Assembly: GCA_003427395.1 (NCBI GenBank)
Contig: BFEA01000013.1
Coordinates: 6,434,088 to 6,487,566, forward strand
DNA: 53,479 nt
Source of the DNA: Chara braunii
Taxonomy: Eukaryota; Plantae; Charophyceae
Reading direction: 5' to 3'
The notes beneath the pieces are model-generated. The model was not told where the DNA came from. It ran no database searches and saw only the letters and a list, made by a program, of their open reading frames with translations. This document shows positions 1 to 12,599 of the stretch, piece after piece. Each line of letters starts with the position of its first letter. The first letter of the stretch is position 1. Both the position numbers and the translations under genes were made by a program.

Positions 1-44
1 TCTCTCTCTCTCTCGCGCGCGCGACTTTAACTTTTTGTCCGTTC

Positions 45-224
45 GTTTTTTTTTTTTTTTTTCCCTTTTTTTTTTTTTTTTGTTTTCTCAAGTGTGTCGT
101 TCCTAGGGAAGCGGAGCCCGGCCTTCATGCAGCGACCGGGCCTTCCCTTGAACGACCCCCCTAGGGTTGTGGCGAATATACGGGAGTGCCCGCGGCCCAT
201 AGTTGAGCGAGGTACTGGTGGTTT
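45..224 (-). mobile_element. Possible 3' end of a poly(A)-tailed retroposon with a long terminal hairpin
   Basis: Poly(T) tract at 45-82 next to a hairpin at 96-155 (gtcgttc..agggaag / cttccct.tgaacgac, inner gcccgg/ccgggc). No TSD seen. Confidence 0.3.
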
Positions 225-265
225 AAATACCACTACTCTTGAGTCTTAACGTTATTTTACTTATT
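225..265 (+). pseudogene. Short 25S/28S rRNA-derived fragment with a 7-nt insertion
   Basis: AAATACCACTACT..TTAACGTTATTTTACTTATT matches the conserved plant LSU rRNA segment as I recall it (GTGAAATACCACTACTTTTAACGTTATTTTACTTATT), interrupted by extra GAGTCTT. Confidence 0.6.
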
Positions 266-1398
266 TGATCCAAGGTGGAGCCTGGTGCAAGGAATATGAG
301 CAAAAGTGATATACAGAAAACCAAGTTCTAAAATCACACAGAAGTCCAGATAGTCATGTGACAAACAGAGAGCTCTAATGCACCAAAATTTCATCCAAAT
401 AAGAGTGAAACAATGAACTCGTGAACCAATGTCCAATCCCTCAGGCTACACCAACGCAGTATTCAAGGTCGCTCCTACTGCCTGGCGCCCAACGCCCAAC
501 CTACTCTACTTGTCCTACCTAGCCTATCTATATTCATGTAATAGGCTCACTTCGACTTTGAAGACCAATGTACATGACGTCAACACCAATGCCAACCTCC
601 GACATACACCAGGTACGCACTCTCGACTCCCCTCATCATCCCCTATCCACCCACACTTGCGCCTCCTCCTGAAGACCACTGTCACCCTCCACCTGCCCTT
701 GCGCCCTGCAGCCCGGCTATGGCCGCTAGGGCCCCGCTGCCCTGCAGTGCCCCTCACCACTCAGCTCCTGCATGCGCCCCCAGCCAGCGCTAGCGCATTG
801 CAGACACTTGCGCGCTAACGCAGCAGTGTGTCCGCATTGCCTGCTTAGGCCAGAATGCCCTTCCCTGGCTGACTTGCTTCCTATATGGAAGTGGCTGCTG
901 CTGCTAGACTCCCTGTGCCTGGCCGTGGAAGTTTTCAGTAGCTACCGGTCAGGCCCTAGTGTCTGCGCCCAGACCCATGTCTACAGTTAAGAGCCTGGGC
1001 CCTTTTTGGTTGGGCACACCTAGCATTATCCAGGCCCCGAATGTTTGTTGTGTTTGCATTGGCCCGCGGGCTGAATGTGACGACGATGCTGCGTTCTCAC
1101 TGGGCCATGGCCACTTCTTGATGTGTCCGCCTCACACTGCGTGTGCCCAAGGCGCAACCACCTGCGTCATGGGCTCAATTGCCTAACGCAGCTGCTTCTT
1201 TTGGAAGAGCCCAAGTTGAGGCCCAGGTTGCACTTCAACCAACTGGCGTGCAGCAACTGTCTGAGACGCACATTGGCAAATGCTGAGATAAGGGGTTCTC
1301 GTGAATATTCAGGCTCGCCTTCACTTAGGGCGGGCACCAGGCTTGATAGGGGCCACAATCAGAACTCCTGAGTGGTCAGTTAGAACATGTGCATGTTG

Positions 1399-1644
1399 CA
1401 GGAGGGCACCGCAACTTGCCGTAAGTTTATGCACAAATCTGGTTCAAACATTTAAGCTACTCGTACGCTGGGCCCGGTTCTCAGCAGGTGCAGCTTCCCA
1501 CCAATAGATGGAGCCTTCACACCCGCGACCCTGAAAAGCGTGAATGCTCGTATCAACATGCTTAGCAGGCCCCCCCGTTCATGAAGTTTCTGTTTAAAAA
1601 AAATAAAATAAAAAATAAAATAAAAAAAAAAAAAAAAAAAAAAT
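1399..1644 (+). mobile_element. Short poly(A)-tailed retroposon (SINE-like or 5'-truncated LINE) inserted in the left IR arm
   Basis: A-rich tail at 1596-1643; imperfect 13-bp TSD catgtgcatgttg (1386-1398) / catatgcatattg (1645-1657); the segment is absent from the right arm. Confidence 0.8.
1467..1515 (+). ncRNA. Conserved 3' structured RNA motif, copy 1 (hairpin + pseudoknot)
   Basis: GCUGGG-CCCGGUU-CUCAGC A GGUG-CAGCUUCC-CACC AAUAGAUGGAGC; homologous to 10620-10669 and 25664-25713. Confidence 0.65.
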
Positions 1645-1693
1645 CATATGCATATTGTCTAGGGCCCCGTGAGGGCACATTCCTCACAGAGGC

Positions 1694-1799
1694 CCACAGG
1701 GCTTTGCCCCTGAGTCTCGATCCAGCCCTCACACAGGGCTTTGCCTCTGTGTCTCGATCCAACCCTCACACAGGGCTTTGCCCCTGCGTCTCGATCCAA
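1694..1799 (+). repeat. 37-bp tandem repeat, ~3 copies
   Basis: Unit ccctcacacagggctttgcccctgtgtctcgatccaa starts at 1726 and 1763, with a partial copy from 1694. Confidence 0.9.
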
Positions 1800-1888
1800 G
1801 GTGCAGGCCCTCGATGGAAGTAGCGTGAGGCCAGTCATGGGCTTGGAGACTTACCTGTTGGTCGGTGCGTTGATCATCCTTTCGATGG

Positions 1889-2024
<136 letters not shown>

Positions 2025-2760
2025 GCGCGGGTGACTGCTGCACAGTTTCAAATNAAACTGCGCGGGTGACTGCTGCACAGTTTCAAATTCGCAGGAATAA
2101 TAGTCCACTGGAAGCTTGGGCGAAGACCAGTTCGAAACTGCAAGCAAAACAGTAACTGCACGTTCGACGACCTACGGGTTTGATAATTGGCAACAACGGG
2201 AGGTGGTGGTTTTTTTGTGCGCCTTCGACTTTATTTTTTTCCTCCTCGTCGGGGACTTTTTTTTTTTTTTTCCCCATGCCTGCTTATGCCACGGTCGCGC
2301 TGTATAGGCCACACCCATGGCTGGGCCATGGCCGAGATGTCTTGGCCACGGCGATGGCTGGGCCACGACCGAGATATCTAGGCTATGACTAGGTTGGAAC
2401 GGAGTCTGAAAGGGGAGGGCAGAGAGTAGAGCAAAAAAATCGAACAACACATTAAAGACATGGTGCATTTACTTAGGAAATCGGGCAACATACAGACGAA
2501 GTCAAGCAAAAAGAGAGAGCAGCACAATGACGGCATGATGCATTTACTCAGGAAATCGGGCAACATATATCGCTAACTCACGCGGATGCTCACATGCAGA
2601 ACCATGGGAATTGGGCCGCTTTGATTTTCAATCGTGGGAAAAAACCACAACCAGGAACATGGCTACCTACACCAAAGGCATGACCCACTCCAGTTACACA
2701 ATTGCGAGAAATAACCTTTACCAAAAAGCGGGGTGAATACATGACTATGGGGCTCGTTCG

Positions 2761-4259
2761 ACACTCCTCGGGCCGTCCTCGGGGCTCGAGGAAACTCTCC
2801 CATCGTCTCCCGAGGAAATTCGCGCCATCATTCCACTCATCCTCATAATTGTTCCCCGAGGACGATTCCTCGGGGCCTTCCGCGACCAGTTGCATATATC
2901 GACAAGCGGACGGGGGGGGGGGGGGGGCGAGGTTGGTCCAGCAAGGTGTGTCCGTGCCGACGTCGTTGGTCCAGCTCGGGTGGGCGTCACGAATTCGAAA
3001 GTTGGCGGANGGGGGGGGGGGGGGGGCGAGGTTGGTCCAGCAAGGTGTGTCCGTGCCGACGTCGTTGGTCCAACTCGGGTGGGCGTCACGAATTCGAAAG
3101 TTGGCGGACAATTCCATGACGCCGACCGTTGCCAACCGAAGATATCCGTCCACGGGCTGCCAGGAACAACAATGAACGAGCCGCGTCGAAAATTGTCGTC
3201 GACAGAGTTACCGTCGACGCCCCAATTTTTTCGGATGCTCGACCTCTAAGGGACCTCGGGAGGTTGTGACGAATTTTCTGCAATCGCACGACTTTCTGCA
3301 CAAAGCGACTTCAAGGGTTGGAAACTGGTTGGTTAGTTGAAAAGTGGAGGGTTGGTTGGGCAAGTTGTATGGATGCCCTCACTTCTTTCTTTTTTTGCTT
3401 TCGGAACCAGAGTCGGGAAAGTCTCTCCACGACGATTGAGTGACCGCGCCCTAGTGAGCACAATAAATAACGGTTGCCATAACTTGTTTCTTGTTCTGCT
3501 GTGGGAGATAGGAATTTTGGTGCGATTAGCACGCGGGAACGTCGTTTTCAAATTTACAATGGATGACGGGCTATTGAGATTGTTTCTTTTAAACTCTTCA
3601 TAATTTCTTTTTGCAAATAAGATTTATACTATGAATTTAGGTGCTCTGGAATTTTGTTGCGCGTCGGTTCTTGCTCGCGCACCTCTCACCGCAGTGGGAA
3701 CTGAGGTTTGACTGTATCGCGCCCTTAATCCTACATGTAACTGTAATTTTTGGCGGGCGCAATTGTAACTGTACTCCTTCTTGATTCTCTCGTATTTCCC
3801 CACCTTCTTCCCCTTTATTGGGCATACCTCGTTCTCCACTCTAATTGGCCTGAGTGACTGCATGACCGGATCGATGCGTCGAGTGTGGTTGCGTCCCCCA
3901 CACTGCGGCTTGGCCATGAAGGCGTAGGCACTTCCTTCTCTTCCCCTTCCCCTTACTTAAGCGTAATCCCGAGTTCATCGCGCAAGCATGCATGCTATAA
4001 ATTTCGCAAGCGCGATTAGTTTGCTCTCTCAGAATTTAGAAGTTAGCGCGACCAGTGAGGATCGACTAAAAGTAAGTGAGAAGATGAACCGAAGTGAGTC
4101 GGGCGACCCGACGAGTTGGTGCCGGGTAGGCGGGGTTGACGTGCGGGCCACGACGGACTGTGATGCACGGGCGAACCGGGCTTGCATACTCGGACTAAGC
4201 GGGGTGACGACTCGGTGTTGGTGCGAGGCGATGGACTACCCACATTGGAGGTGATGTAG

Positions 4260-4326
<67 letters not shown>

Positions 4327-6026
4327 NAGAGAGAGATAGAGAGATGTGTGTGTGGGATGATGCCTTTCTCTGACCCTCTATGTAAATTTTGGTTTCAACC
4401 TTGGCCGATTTTGCTATGGCCGTTTCGATCTTCTTGCGAATCATTTTTTATTTTTAGCTTATGATATGTGTGGAATGGTGTCCTTCTTTTCTTTCTCTCA
4501 CCTATGTAGCTTTGATGAATGGCATCGGTCCTCTTTCTGTTTAGGACTACCCCTGGTCTGTGTCCTTTTTTTGAATGGTTTGATTCTCCCCCTCACCCTT
4601 GTTTCATTGCGGTATGATGAGATCGAGCACGACAACTATCTGCGTGTGACCTAGGGGAGCTCGGGTTATGATGATGTAAGCTTCCTCGGTGACATGGCTT
4701 GATGCACAACCCCTGATCGGTCTCTTGCTATGCTTTTCCGGAAATCCACACGGCCCTCAAGTTCGATTGATTTATGAGCTCAATCGATATCTGAGTATGC
4801 ATGTCAGTTTCTCGTTCCCTTTTTTGATAAGAGAGAAGAATCTAACGAACACTCGGTGGACCAAGATGGTGTATGCTCTGGTGGGTAAGTGAATTCAAAT
4901 GAGTGATTGCCAACGGATTGGTCAGACGATCTCCCGACCAAAGGGATAGTCTGTCGATCCGATCCAAGTGGTCGCAAACGTGGTCTCGTGCGCATACGTG
5001 CAGGCTCGATCAAAACGAACATTGCCTGCACGCGCGTCTACAGGACCCGCGCTCGAGTCCATGTCTAGACTCACAAAAACCAGGTAGCATGGATGATGGG
5101 AATCCCTTCCACGTCACGGATCGAGAGAGCCTGAGACACCGACAGTTCCGAGAATACTGGGAGTGGAAAAACGCTTGTCTTCTCGCACAACCCCGCCCCA
5201 ACCCTCCAAAGTTCCCTTTCGGACGGGAAACAAACGCATATGTGAGTGGGATATCGAACGGGCCCTAAGCGCGATCCCTTTTCCCTCCCAGTTCCCCAAC
5301 TCACACGTAAGCCACGTCATCGTCGAACCCGGTGTTGTCATCATTGAGACAGACTTCCCTCCCTACCGCCTCGTGTTGCCTTTTCACTGTCTGACGGCGG
5401 CCCCGTGGCACACACTCGCCCCCTACTGGCCTCGAACCCCGTGCTCCGAGTGCCGGCAGGACAGCGAGTACCGAGCTGTGAGGTTCGTTCGATGAACCCG
5501 GACTAAGGCTGAACAACGAGCACACATCTTGCGCCTGAGGCCCGCTTCGTCCGACTCGGAGGCCTATCACGAGCGACGCTGGCGATTGGTTAGGCAACGC
5601 GACACACATAGCGTTCCACCGGTTCACCAAATCCGAGTCCGGCCTCGGCAACGAAACTCGCAAGGATGGCGATGACATCCCCCAAGGCATAAAAATTGGA
5701 CGCGGTTCATGCTTACTATCTTGCATAATTGCCCCCAAGGCTTGCCACAGGAGATTTCAGTTCTGACCTGAAACTCCACCCCCACTATCCTAAAATCCTT
5801 GGCACACTCCTTTTTCGCATTTCCGGGCCCCTATCCCACTCCGATCAGGAAGTCGCGCTGGGCGTGAGGTTGGGCATCACATAGATCCCCTTGGGGAACG
5901 CGTCGAAATGGCTGTAGCCCGAGGAATCCCCGAGGAAATGTTTTCATTTTTTTTCTTCTTCAAATTCTTCCTTGAGGATAAGTGGAACGATGATTTCCTT
6001 GGGGGATTTACGCGCCCGAGGAGTGT
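2761..6026. mobile_element. Nested TIR-bounded element (ACACTCCTCGGGC termini, CCTCGGG/CCCGAGG subterminal repeats), possibly CACTA-like and non-autonomous
   Basis: acactcctcgggc (2761) is the reverse complement of gcccgaggagtgt (6014-6026); also catcattccactcatcctca (2826) vs tgaggataagtggaacgatg (5973). No TSD and no recognisable transposase. Confidence 0.55.
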
Positions 6027-6379
6027 TATGTATGCCCACTAACGAAGGGGCATATGTTGAGGCACGTTCTGGCTGACAGATACTACCCGATTGAATGGAG
6101 GCCCACCGTCAGACAATGATAACAATGATGACGCCACCACTATTTTTCACGGAATATAAAGGATGCAACATGGGAAGCACCGTTGAACCCATACCCCACT
6201 CAAAGTGGGTTATCGAGTTCAACGGACAATGGGAAGGGTAGGGGGCTTTGTATTCCGGTGCAGGGATTTTTCACCACCTTTCTTGAAAAAAAAAAGGATA
6301 AAAGTTTTTTCATTTCTCACATATAAAAAAAAAACACTAGATGCGCAACTTCCATGCATCTCCAACGTCGCATGGGGTC

Positions 6380-7830
6380 ACACGGGTGTGGCCTAGACAG
6401 CTCGGTCGTGGCAGGCGTTACCAAAAAAAAAGAAAGTCACAGACGAGGAGAAAAACAAAAGTCGCAGGCGCGAAAAAAAAAAGAAAAAAGAAAAAGAAAA
6501 AAACAAACACGACCGCCACCTCCCGTTTTTGCCAATTATCGAACCGGTAGGCTGTTGAACGAGCAGTTTACTGTTTTTCTTGCAGTTTCGAACTGGTCTT
6601 CCCCTGAGCTTGCAGTGGACTGTTATTCCTGCGAATTCACAACTGTGCAGCGGTCACAGGCGTAATTGTCTAAAAAAATAAAAATAAAAAAAATTATGGC
6701 AATGTATATTTCCATGTTTTAACGGTTGTGCGAGGAATGAGCCCTCGCAGGGCCCTTATCAGACATGCACATGTTCTTGGCTGAGTCCCTCAGCAAGCTC
6801 CGTGCCTGCCCTAAGTGAAGGCAGACCTGGATATTCACCAGAGGCCAAAATTCAACATTTTTGATATGTAGGTACTAAGGCAATTGCAACACGCCAGTTG
6901 GTTGACAAGAAGCGCGGGCCTCCCTGTGCTGCGTCGTACAGCTGGGCCCAACCCTTGGTAGTTGCGCTTGGGCACACACACAATGCAAGGCAGATAACAT
7001 CACGAATTGGCTACGGGCCTACGAAAAAGCAGCATTGTCGACGTACATACCCCGGGTCCTCTGCACATGCAGCAAACGGCCCAAGTCTCGAAATAGTGGT
7101 CGTGCCCAACTGTAAAGGGCCCAGGCCCTCAACTGCACAGCTGGGCCTGGGCGCAGGCACTAGGGCCTGACTGAAAGCTACTGGAAGCTTCCCAGCCAGG
7201 CCACACGCAGCCAAACAGAGGCTGTCACTTCCATATAGAGAAGGAGGCAGCCAAGGTCAGGCATTCTGGCCCACGCAGGCAATGAGGTCACGCTGCTGCG
7301 GTGCTGCGCGAGATGTTGCGTGTTGCGTGAGTGGCCAGGGGGCATACGGGCGCTTGTGAGGTGAGAGGGGCGCTGCTGGGCAGCGGAGTGCAGGCAGCCA
7401 GAGTTGGGCTGCAGGGCGCGAGGGGGTAAGGGGCGATCTATGGTCTTCAGGAAGGAGGTAAATGTGGGTGGTCAGGGTCTAATGAGGGGAGACGAGATAT
7501 GCACCTGGTACATGAGGGAGGTCGGCTATGGTGTTAACGTCATGTACATTGGTCTTCAAAGTCGAAGTCAGCCTTTTGCGTCAATGCGGATGTAGTAGGA
7601 TAGGCAAGTAGTGTAGGCTGGGCGCTGGGGCCGGACAGAGAGGAGCTACATTGGATGTTGTGTTCGTGTGGCCTGAGGGCTTGAACATTGGCTCATGAGT
7701 TCATTGTATTGCTTTTATTTGGATGGAATCTCGGTGCATTTGTGCTCTGTGCTTGTACACGACTACTTGAACATCTGTGTGATTTCGCAACTTGGCTTTC
7801 TGTATATCGTTCTCACTCATATTCCTGGCA
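6380..7830 (-). repeat. Right arm of the large inverted repeat
   Basis: Collinear reverse complement of 286-2320, lacking the left-arm insertions; roughly 70-80% identical by eye. Confidence 0.9.
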
Positions 7831-7846
7831 GCTTGCAAAATGACGT

Positions 7847-7972
7847 AGAAGTTCAGATAGTCATGTAACAAGTAGAGAGCTCCAATGCACCAAGATTTCA
7901 TCCAAATAATAATGGAGCAATGAACTCCTGAGCCAATGTCCAAGCCCTTAGGCCACACCAACGAAGTATCCA
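7847..7972 (+). repeat. Third (forward) partial copy of the IR arm end; forms a hairpin with 7652-7777
   Basis: agaagttcagatagtcatgt..aatgcaccaagatttcatccaaataa..caatgaactc..ccaatgtccaa matches 340-460 directly. Confidence 0.85.
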
Positions 7973-9252
7973 CTCCCCCTACCTAGCGTGCACCTGCACT
8001 CGCACTCACCCGCCCAACTTAACCCCGTCTCCCCTACACATCTCCTCCCGATTCCTTTCCCCCCGCCACGTTCCCACCCCACTACCCCGATCCTGATCTC
8101 CGACCACGCCATCCCAATCCCCTTTGCCTCCCCCCGCTTTTCCTTCCGATCCGGCTATCTACCCCTCCCGTTCCGGATTCCGGCGCCCCTCCTCCCAATC
8201 TCCCCCTTCCCCTTTCCCNNNNNNNNNNNNNNNNNNNNNNNNNNNNNNNNNNNNNNNNNNNNNNNNNNNNNNNNNNNNNNNNNNNNNNNNNNNNNNNNNN
8301 NNNNNNNNNNNNNNNNNNNNNNNNNNNNNNNNNNNNNNNNNNNNNNNNNNNNNNNNNNNNNNNNNNNNNNNNNNNNNNNNNNNNNNNNNNNNNNNNNNNN
8401 NNNNNNNNNNNNNNNNNNNNNNNNNNNNNNNNNNNNNNNNNNNNNNNNNNNNNNNNNNNNNNNNNNNNNNNNNNNNNNNNNNNNNNNNNNNNNNNNNNNN
8501 NNNNNNNNNNNNNNNNNNNNNNNNNNNNNNNNNNNNNNNNNNNNNNNNNNNNNNNNNNNNNNNNNNNNNNNNNNNNNNNNNNNNNNNNNNNNNNNNNNNN
8601 NNNNNNNNNNNNNNNNNNNNNNNNNNNNNNNNNNNNNNNNNNNNNNNNNNNNNNNNNNNNNNNNNNNNNNNNNNNNNNNNNNNNNNNNNNNNNNNNNNNN
8701 NNNNNNNNNNNNNNNNNNNNNNNNNNNNNNNNNNNNNNNNNNNNNNNNNNNNNNNNNNNNNNNNNNNNNNNNNNNNNNNNNNNNNNNNNNNNNNNNNNNN
8801 NNNNNNNNNNNNNNNNNNNNNNNNNNNNNNNNNNNNNNNNNNNNNNNNNNNNNNNNNNNNNNNNNNNNNNNNNNNNNNNNNNNNNNNNNNNNNNNNNNNN
8901 NNNNNNNNNNNNNNNNNNNNNNNNNNNNNNNNNNNNNNNNNNNNNNNNNNNNNNNNCCTTTCCTTTCCTCCGCTCACCCCTTGATCCTGACTTTCCCAAC
9001 CCCGATCGATCCCGATTCCCTCCCCCAGCGCCGCTCTTCCCGCCTGCCCCGATTCCCCCCAGCACGCACGTCCATGCGAACACTCCCTCATCTATACTCT
9101 GTCCGCACGCACGTGCAGACCGGGACGCGGGCGGGTGCAGCACATCTGTTAGAAGATAAGGCAGGTGTCCTACGATGACCTCAACGAGACCAGCAACCTC
9201 GTTGGAGCAAAAAGGGCAAAAACTCATTTGATTTTGATTTCTAGTATGAATT

Positions 9253-9708
9253 ACGCAATGCGAGGATATCCCGCATCTCTGGGTGGGCTGCGTCCCACAA
9301 CAGCAATTCTGGCGATGGTGGCGACAGGCAGTCGGCGGGGATGTGGAGGACATGTCACCTGATGACTGGACTGACTGTCTACTAGTTGGCCCCGTGTTCC
9401 TGGACCCCCCGATTCGTGGTCAGCGGGCATATGCCATTGAGATTATCAGGGCGACCTTTTTGGGGGCGACCTGGGCACTCAGAACGCAGTTCATTTTTCA
9501 ACAGCACCCCCTTACGTTCCTGGCACTGCGCGCGATGACACTCACTAACCTTAGAATTGCCATTGCAACTGATGTCAGGAGAAAGGCCGCCACGGCATGG
9601 CCCTGGACGCCTTATTCTAAGTTGTTGCGCATTAATGATCAGCCGGGCTCATGGGATTGGATCCTGGAGGACATGCCTTCCCCCCGGAGCGACTATGACG
9701 TCACTTGA
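9253..9708 (+). pseudogene. LINE ORF2 C-terminal fragment (zf-RVT half and downstream W..R...IF motif)
   Basis: In-frame QCEDIPHLWVGCVPQQQFWRWW (E..HL..C....W zinc-finger signature) and IIRATFLGATWALRTQFIF. Confidence 0.75.
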
Positions 9709-10619
9709 ATGTAATTGTGTGGGCCGCGAATGCTACAGAATCGGAGTTACAAATTTGTCTTTAGCCTGTATGGTTTAGATGTGATACGGTGGGAGTTCTG
9801 GGACCTATGAGATGATGGAACTCTAGGGATACGATCTACAAACTCCTGAGACGGGAGTTGATATGAGTGGTGGTGGAATGGTGGAAAAAAACGTTGGCAT
9901 AAGTTAGGAGGACAATTTTGATGGGATGAGATTTTGAAGTGATTAGGGGTAATCGGTTTGCCTTAGCTGAAATTTGGCCCCCCTAGGGAAAGATAGGCGG
10001 GGAACTTGGAGATAATGGAATGTTAGGTGATAGAGTCTGCAATCTTTGAACGGTACAGGTAGGAGGTTGAGACGAATAGTAGTGAGATGACGAGGGGAAG
10101 TCTGATACAATAGAGGATGAGAGGGATGAGAGGATGGGACTTTGATATGATTAGTGGCAACCTTCTGAAAAATATAGCGCTGTTGCGCGGTTGAAGCAAA
10201 GAGTGAAAAGGTGGAACAATTGGGATGATATCCTAAGAGAGTGCGATAGGTAGCAATTGCTTGATAGGAACACCCCCTCCCCTCCAAGTTGTAGCTTTGA
10301 GAACAGTCCGACCCGTAGGCTCATGGAGGTGGAAGGGGGAGGAACAACATTTAGATACGAGTGGGTCGTTTACTAGACCCTCACGCCGACCTTCTTTGGG
10401 GGGAGTGAGGGGCTTGCCTCTGGGCATCGCAGGCTGGCTCATCCCAAGTAACCCCTTCTGTGTCTGGGTGCTTACGCCTCCCGACAGAAGAGGCTCCCTG
10501 GGACCGCCCACCTGGTAAAGTGCCTCTTGGCAAACCCCGTCGCAGGCGCCGCTACCTCTGGGAAGTGTTGATGCCCCCGTTCCTCGTGTTCTTGACTACT
10601 CTCATCTGTACTCTGGGAC

Positions 10620-10669
10620 ACTGGGCCCGATTCCCAGTAGGTGTGGCTCCCCACCAATAGATTGGAGCC
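10620..10669 (+). ncRNA. Conserved 3' structured RNA motif, copy 2
   Basis: ACUGGG-CCCGAUU-CCCAGU A GGUG-UGGCUCCC-CACC AAUAGAUUGGAGCC, ~70 nt before poly(A). Confidence 0.65.
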
Positions 10670-10889
10670 CCCCCCTTGGTGCTAGTGATAACTGCTCTTA
10701 CCAGTATCTCTAGCACTCTGAGGGGGTGTTGTTGTAAATAATAATAATAAAAAAAAAAAAAATAAAAAAAAAAACTGTGAGAGCGTGGTCTATGGATCCT
10801 TTAGCGTTTTAGGACTTCAAGCTAGAGGTGTCTGAAAAGTTTCCACGGGCATAACTGGGAGCAGACACCCAAGCACTCATAGGGACGTT

Positions 10890-11215
10890 GCTTCTTGATC
10901 CTTCGACGTAGGCTCTCGCTATCATTGCGCAACAGAAGTCATTGTCGCACCCATTGCCATCGTGGACGATCCCCATCATGGAGGCATAGCCACCATCACG
11001 GTTCGTCATCATCATTGCGTGCAATTACTCCAGCGACCTCGTCGTTCCACTGGGGGAACGATCGAGAAGACCCTTTACGGGTGATTGAAGACCTTCCTTG
11101 ACTAGGAGGAAGGACATTCATTGCTTCCAGTCGACCGGGAGCGTGGTATCGTCAATCTCTCCCCCTCTTACTACTAATTCCCTTCTCCCATCTCGTCGAT
11201 TTCCCTCAAAGATCT
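10890..11215 (+). repeat. Diverged interspersed repeat, copy 1 (partner at 15430-15893)
   Basis: ttgatccttc..tatcattgc and ggaac.atcgagaagacccttta..caaagatc blocks are collinear with 15437-15893. Confidence 0.7.
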
Positions 11216-12599
11216 CATTTTTCTCTTCGTCATCTACCTCCTCTCCATCCCCCCTTATCTCCTCTATCCTCCCACCTAATTGGTCGAATCATCTAAAAAA
11301 TTCTACTTCCTGTGACATGTATAGCCCTTCTTTGTGCGTGTTTGACAATGTCGTTCATTCCATCGTTCAGAATTTCAATCCAATTCAATAGGATTAATCT
11401 TCATTTCCTTTTCTCCCAGCATCGTGATTGGAATTACTTTCGACATTTTCGTTCAAAAGTCACGTGAGATTCTTTATTATATTAAATTCTCTTCGTAAAT
11501 TAGTTTAAAATTTGATTTTCATTCAAAGATTCGTGAAACAAATTTTGAAATTTACTAAGTTTAATTCTTTTCAGATGGACTCTACTTCTACTATCTATCC
11601 TCCGTAAAAATTCCAAAATTTTGCAATTTGTTTTGAAATTTTTTTGGAATTCTTTTGAAAATTCTTTCAGCTTCTTCTTAATTTTACAACATGTTGATAC
11701 AAATTTAGTAATTTCATCTAAATAATTTTGAAAATTTTCCCAATTCATTCTACTTGGCTGTCATTAATTCTTTCTGCCATTTCATCATAAAGTCTTTAAG
11801 TAGGAATTAGTTTTCTATTTTTTTTTAAATTGCCTTCGAAATTATTGTAATTCCAGAAATACGCCATGAAAGTTTTGATTTCTTTCAAAATTTTCCTCTG
11901 AACTCACCTTTACCTCCTCTGTCATCTCCCCGAACTTTTGGAATTTTTTATTTATTATTTTTGAAATTCGTTGAATTTTGTTTAGATTTTTTTTAAATTA
12001 TGAACTTACGTCCACATAATTTCAGAATTGTATTTCGACTTCGTGATTGTCTTATGCATTCCTTCCTCTATACCCCACGCCATTGTATGAAAATTTCCTC
12101 TCATTCCCCCACTCGAATCAGAAATTTTACTCTTCCTCCCTCAATCCGATTCTATTTTTTCTTCTAGGCCTCTTTTCTGCATGTCGTCCCTTTTTGGCCC
12201 CTTTTCTGCATGCCAATCTGACTCCCCGTGACATCGACCAGTGCGCACTCCAAAATCGCGCCCGAGACGCCAGTGTCGCAAATCGCCTCGCACGCTTCGA
12301 CGCGAGACAGGGTTCAATCAGTCCACTTCCCACACTCTCCTCACTAAAACCACAGCATACACCTCCCCATCTCCCCCTCTATCCCACGGGAACGACCCCT
12401 CCCCTCCTCCCCCGCCGTGCCTCTCCCCGCCACCACATCGGGTTAGTTCCATCCGCTTCTGTGTGGAAGGTGAAACAAACGATCCAAGAAGCACAACACA
12501 ACCACCTGTAAGGAATCATCGCCTGTTCCCTGACCCCATCCGTAGTACAACTTCAAAAGCACTTGAATCAACCCCGCATGGAGGGAGAGCCTACTAACA

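Larger units (their letters stand above)
9253..10773 (+). mobile_element. 5'-truncated L1-like LINE 3' end (zf-RVT region, 3' UTR, poly(A))
   Basis: ORF2 C-terminal signature followed by a ~1 kb UTR and an (AAT)n/poly(A) tail at 10736-10773. Confidence 0.75.

Noticed and set aside
1467-1515. Shared 3' motif as a pistol or twister ribozyme or a preQ1 riboswitch
   Set aside because: Resemblance is superficial (P1 + AAUAG + pseudoknot; GGUGC..GCUUC..CACCAA). The pistol catalytic loop, GU site and P3, and the twister core, are absent.
1694-1799. 37-bp repeats as a CRISPR array
   Set aside because: Head-to-tail units without spacers, eukaryotic context, no cas genes.
2911-3109. ~100-bp tandem duplication and the 187-aa ORF spanning it
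   Set aside because: The copies flank a single N (3010) in a poly-G run; probable unmerged contig overlap, and the ORF has no recognisable domain.
4612-4720. C/D-box snoRNA-like ATGATGA..CTGA
   Set aside because: No terminal stem or recognisable rRNA-antisense element; boxes this short arise by chance.
7988-9178. Long ORFs crossing N gaps (also 19605-20610 and 39945-40991)
   Set aside because: They are open only because N runs translate as X.
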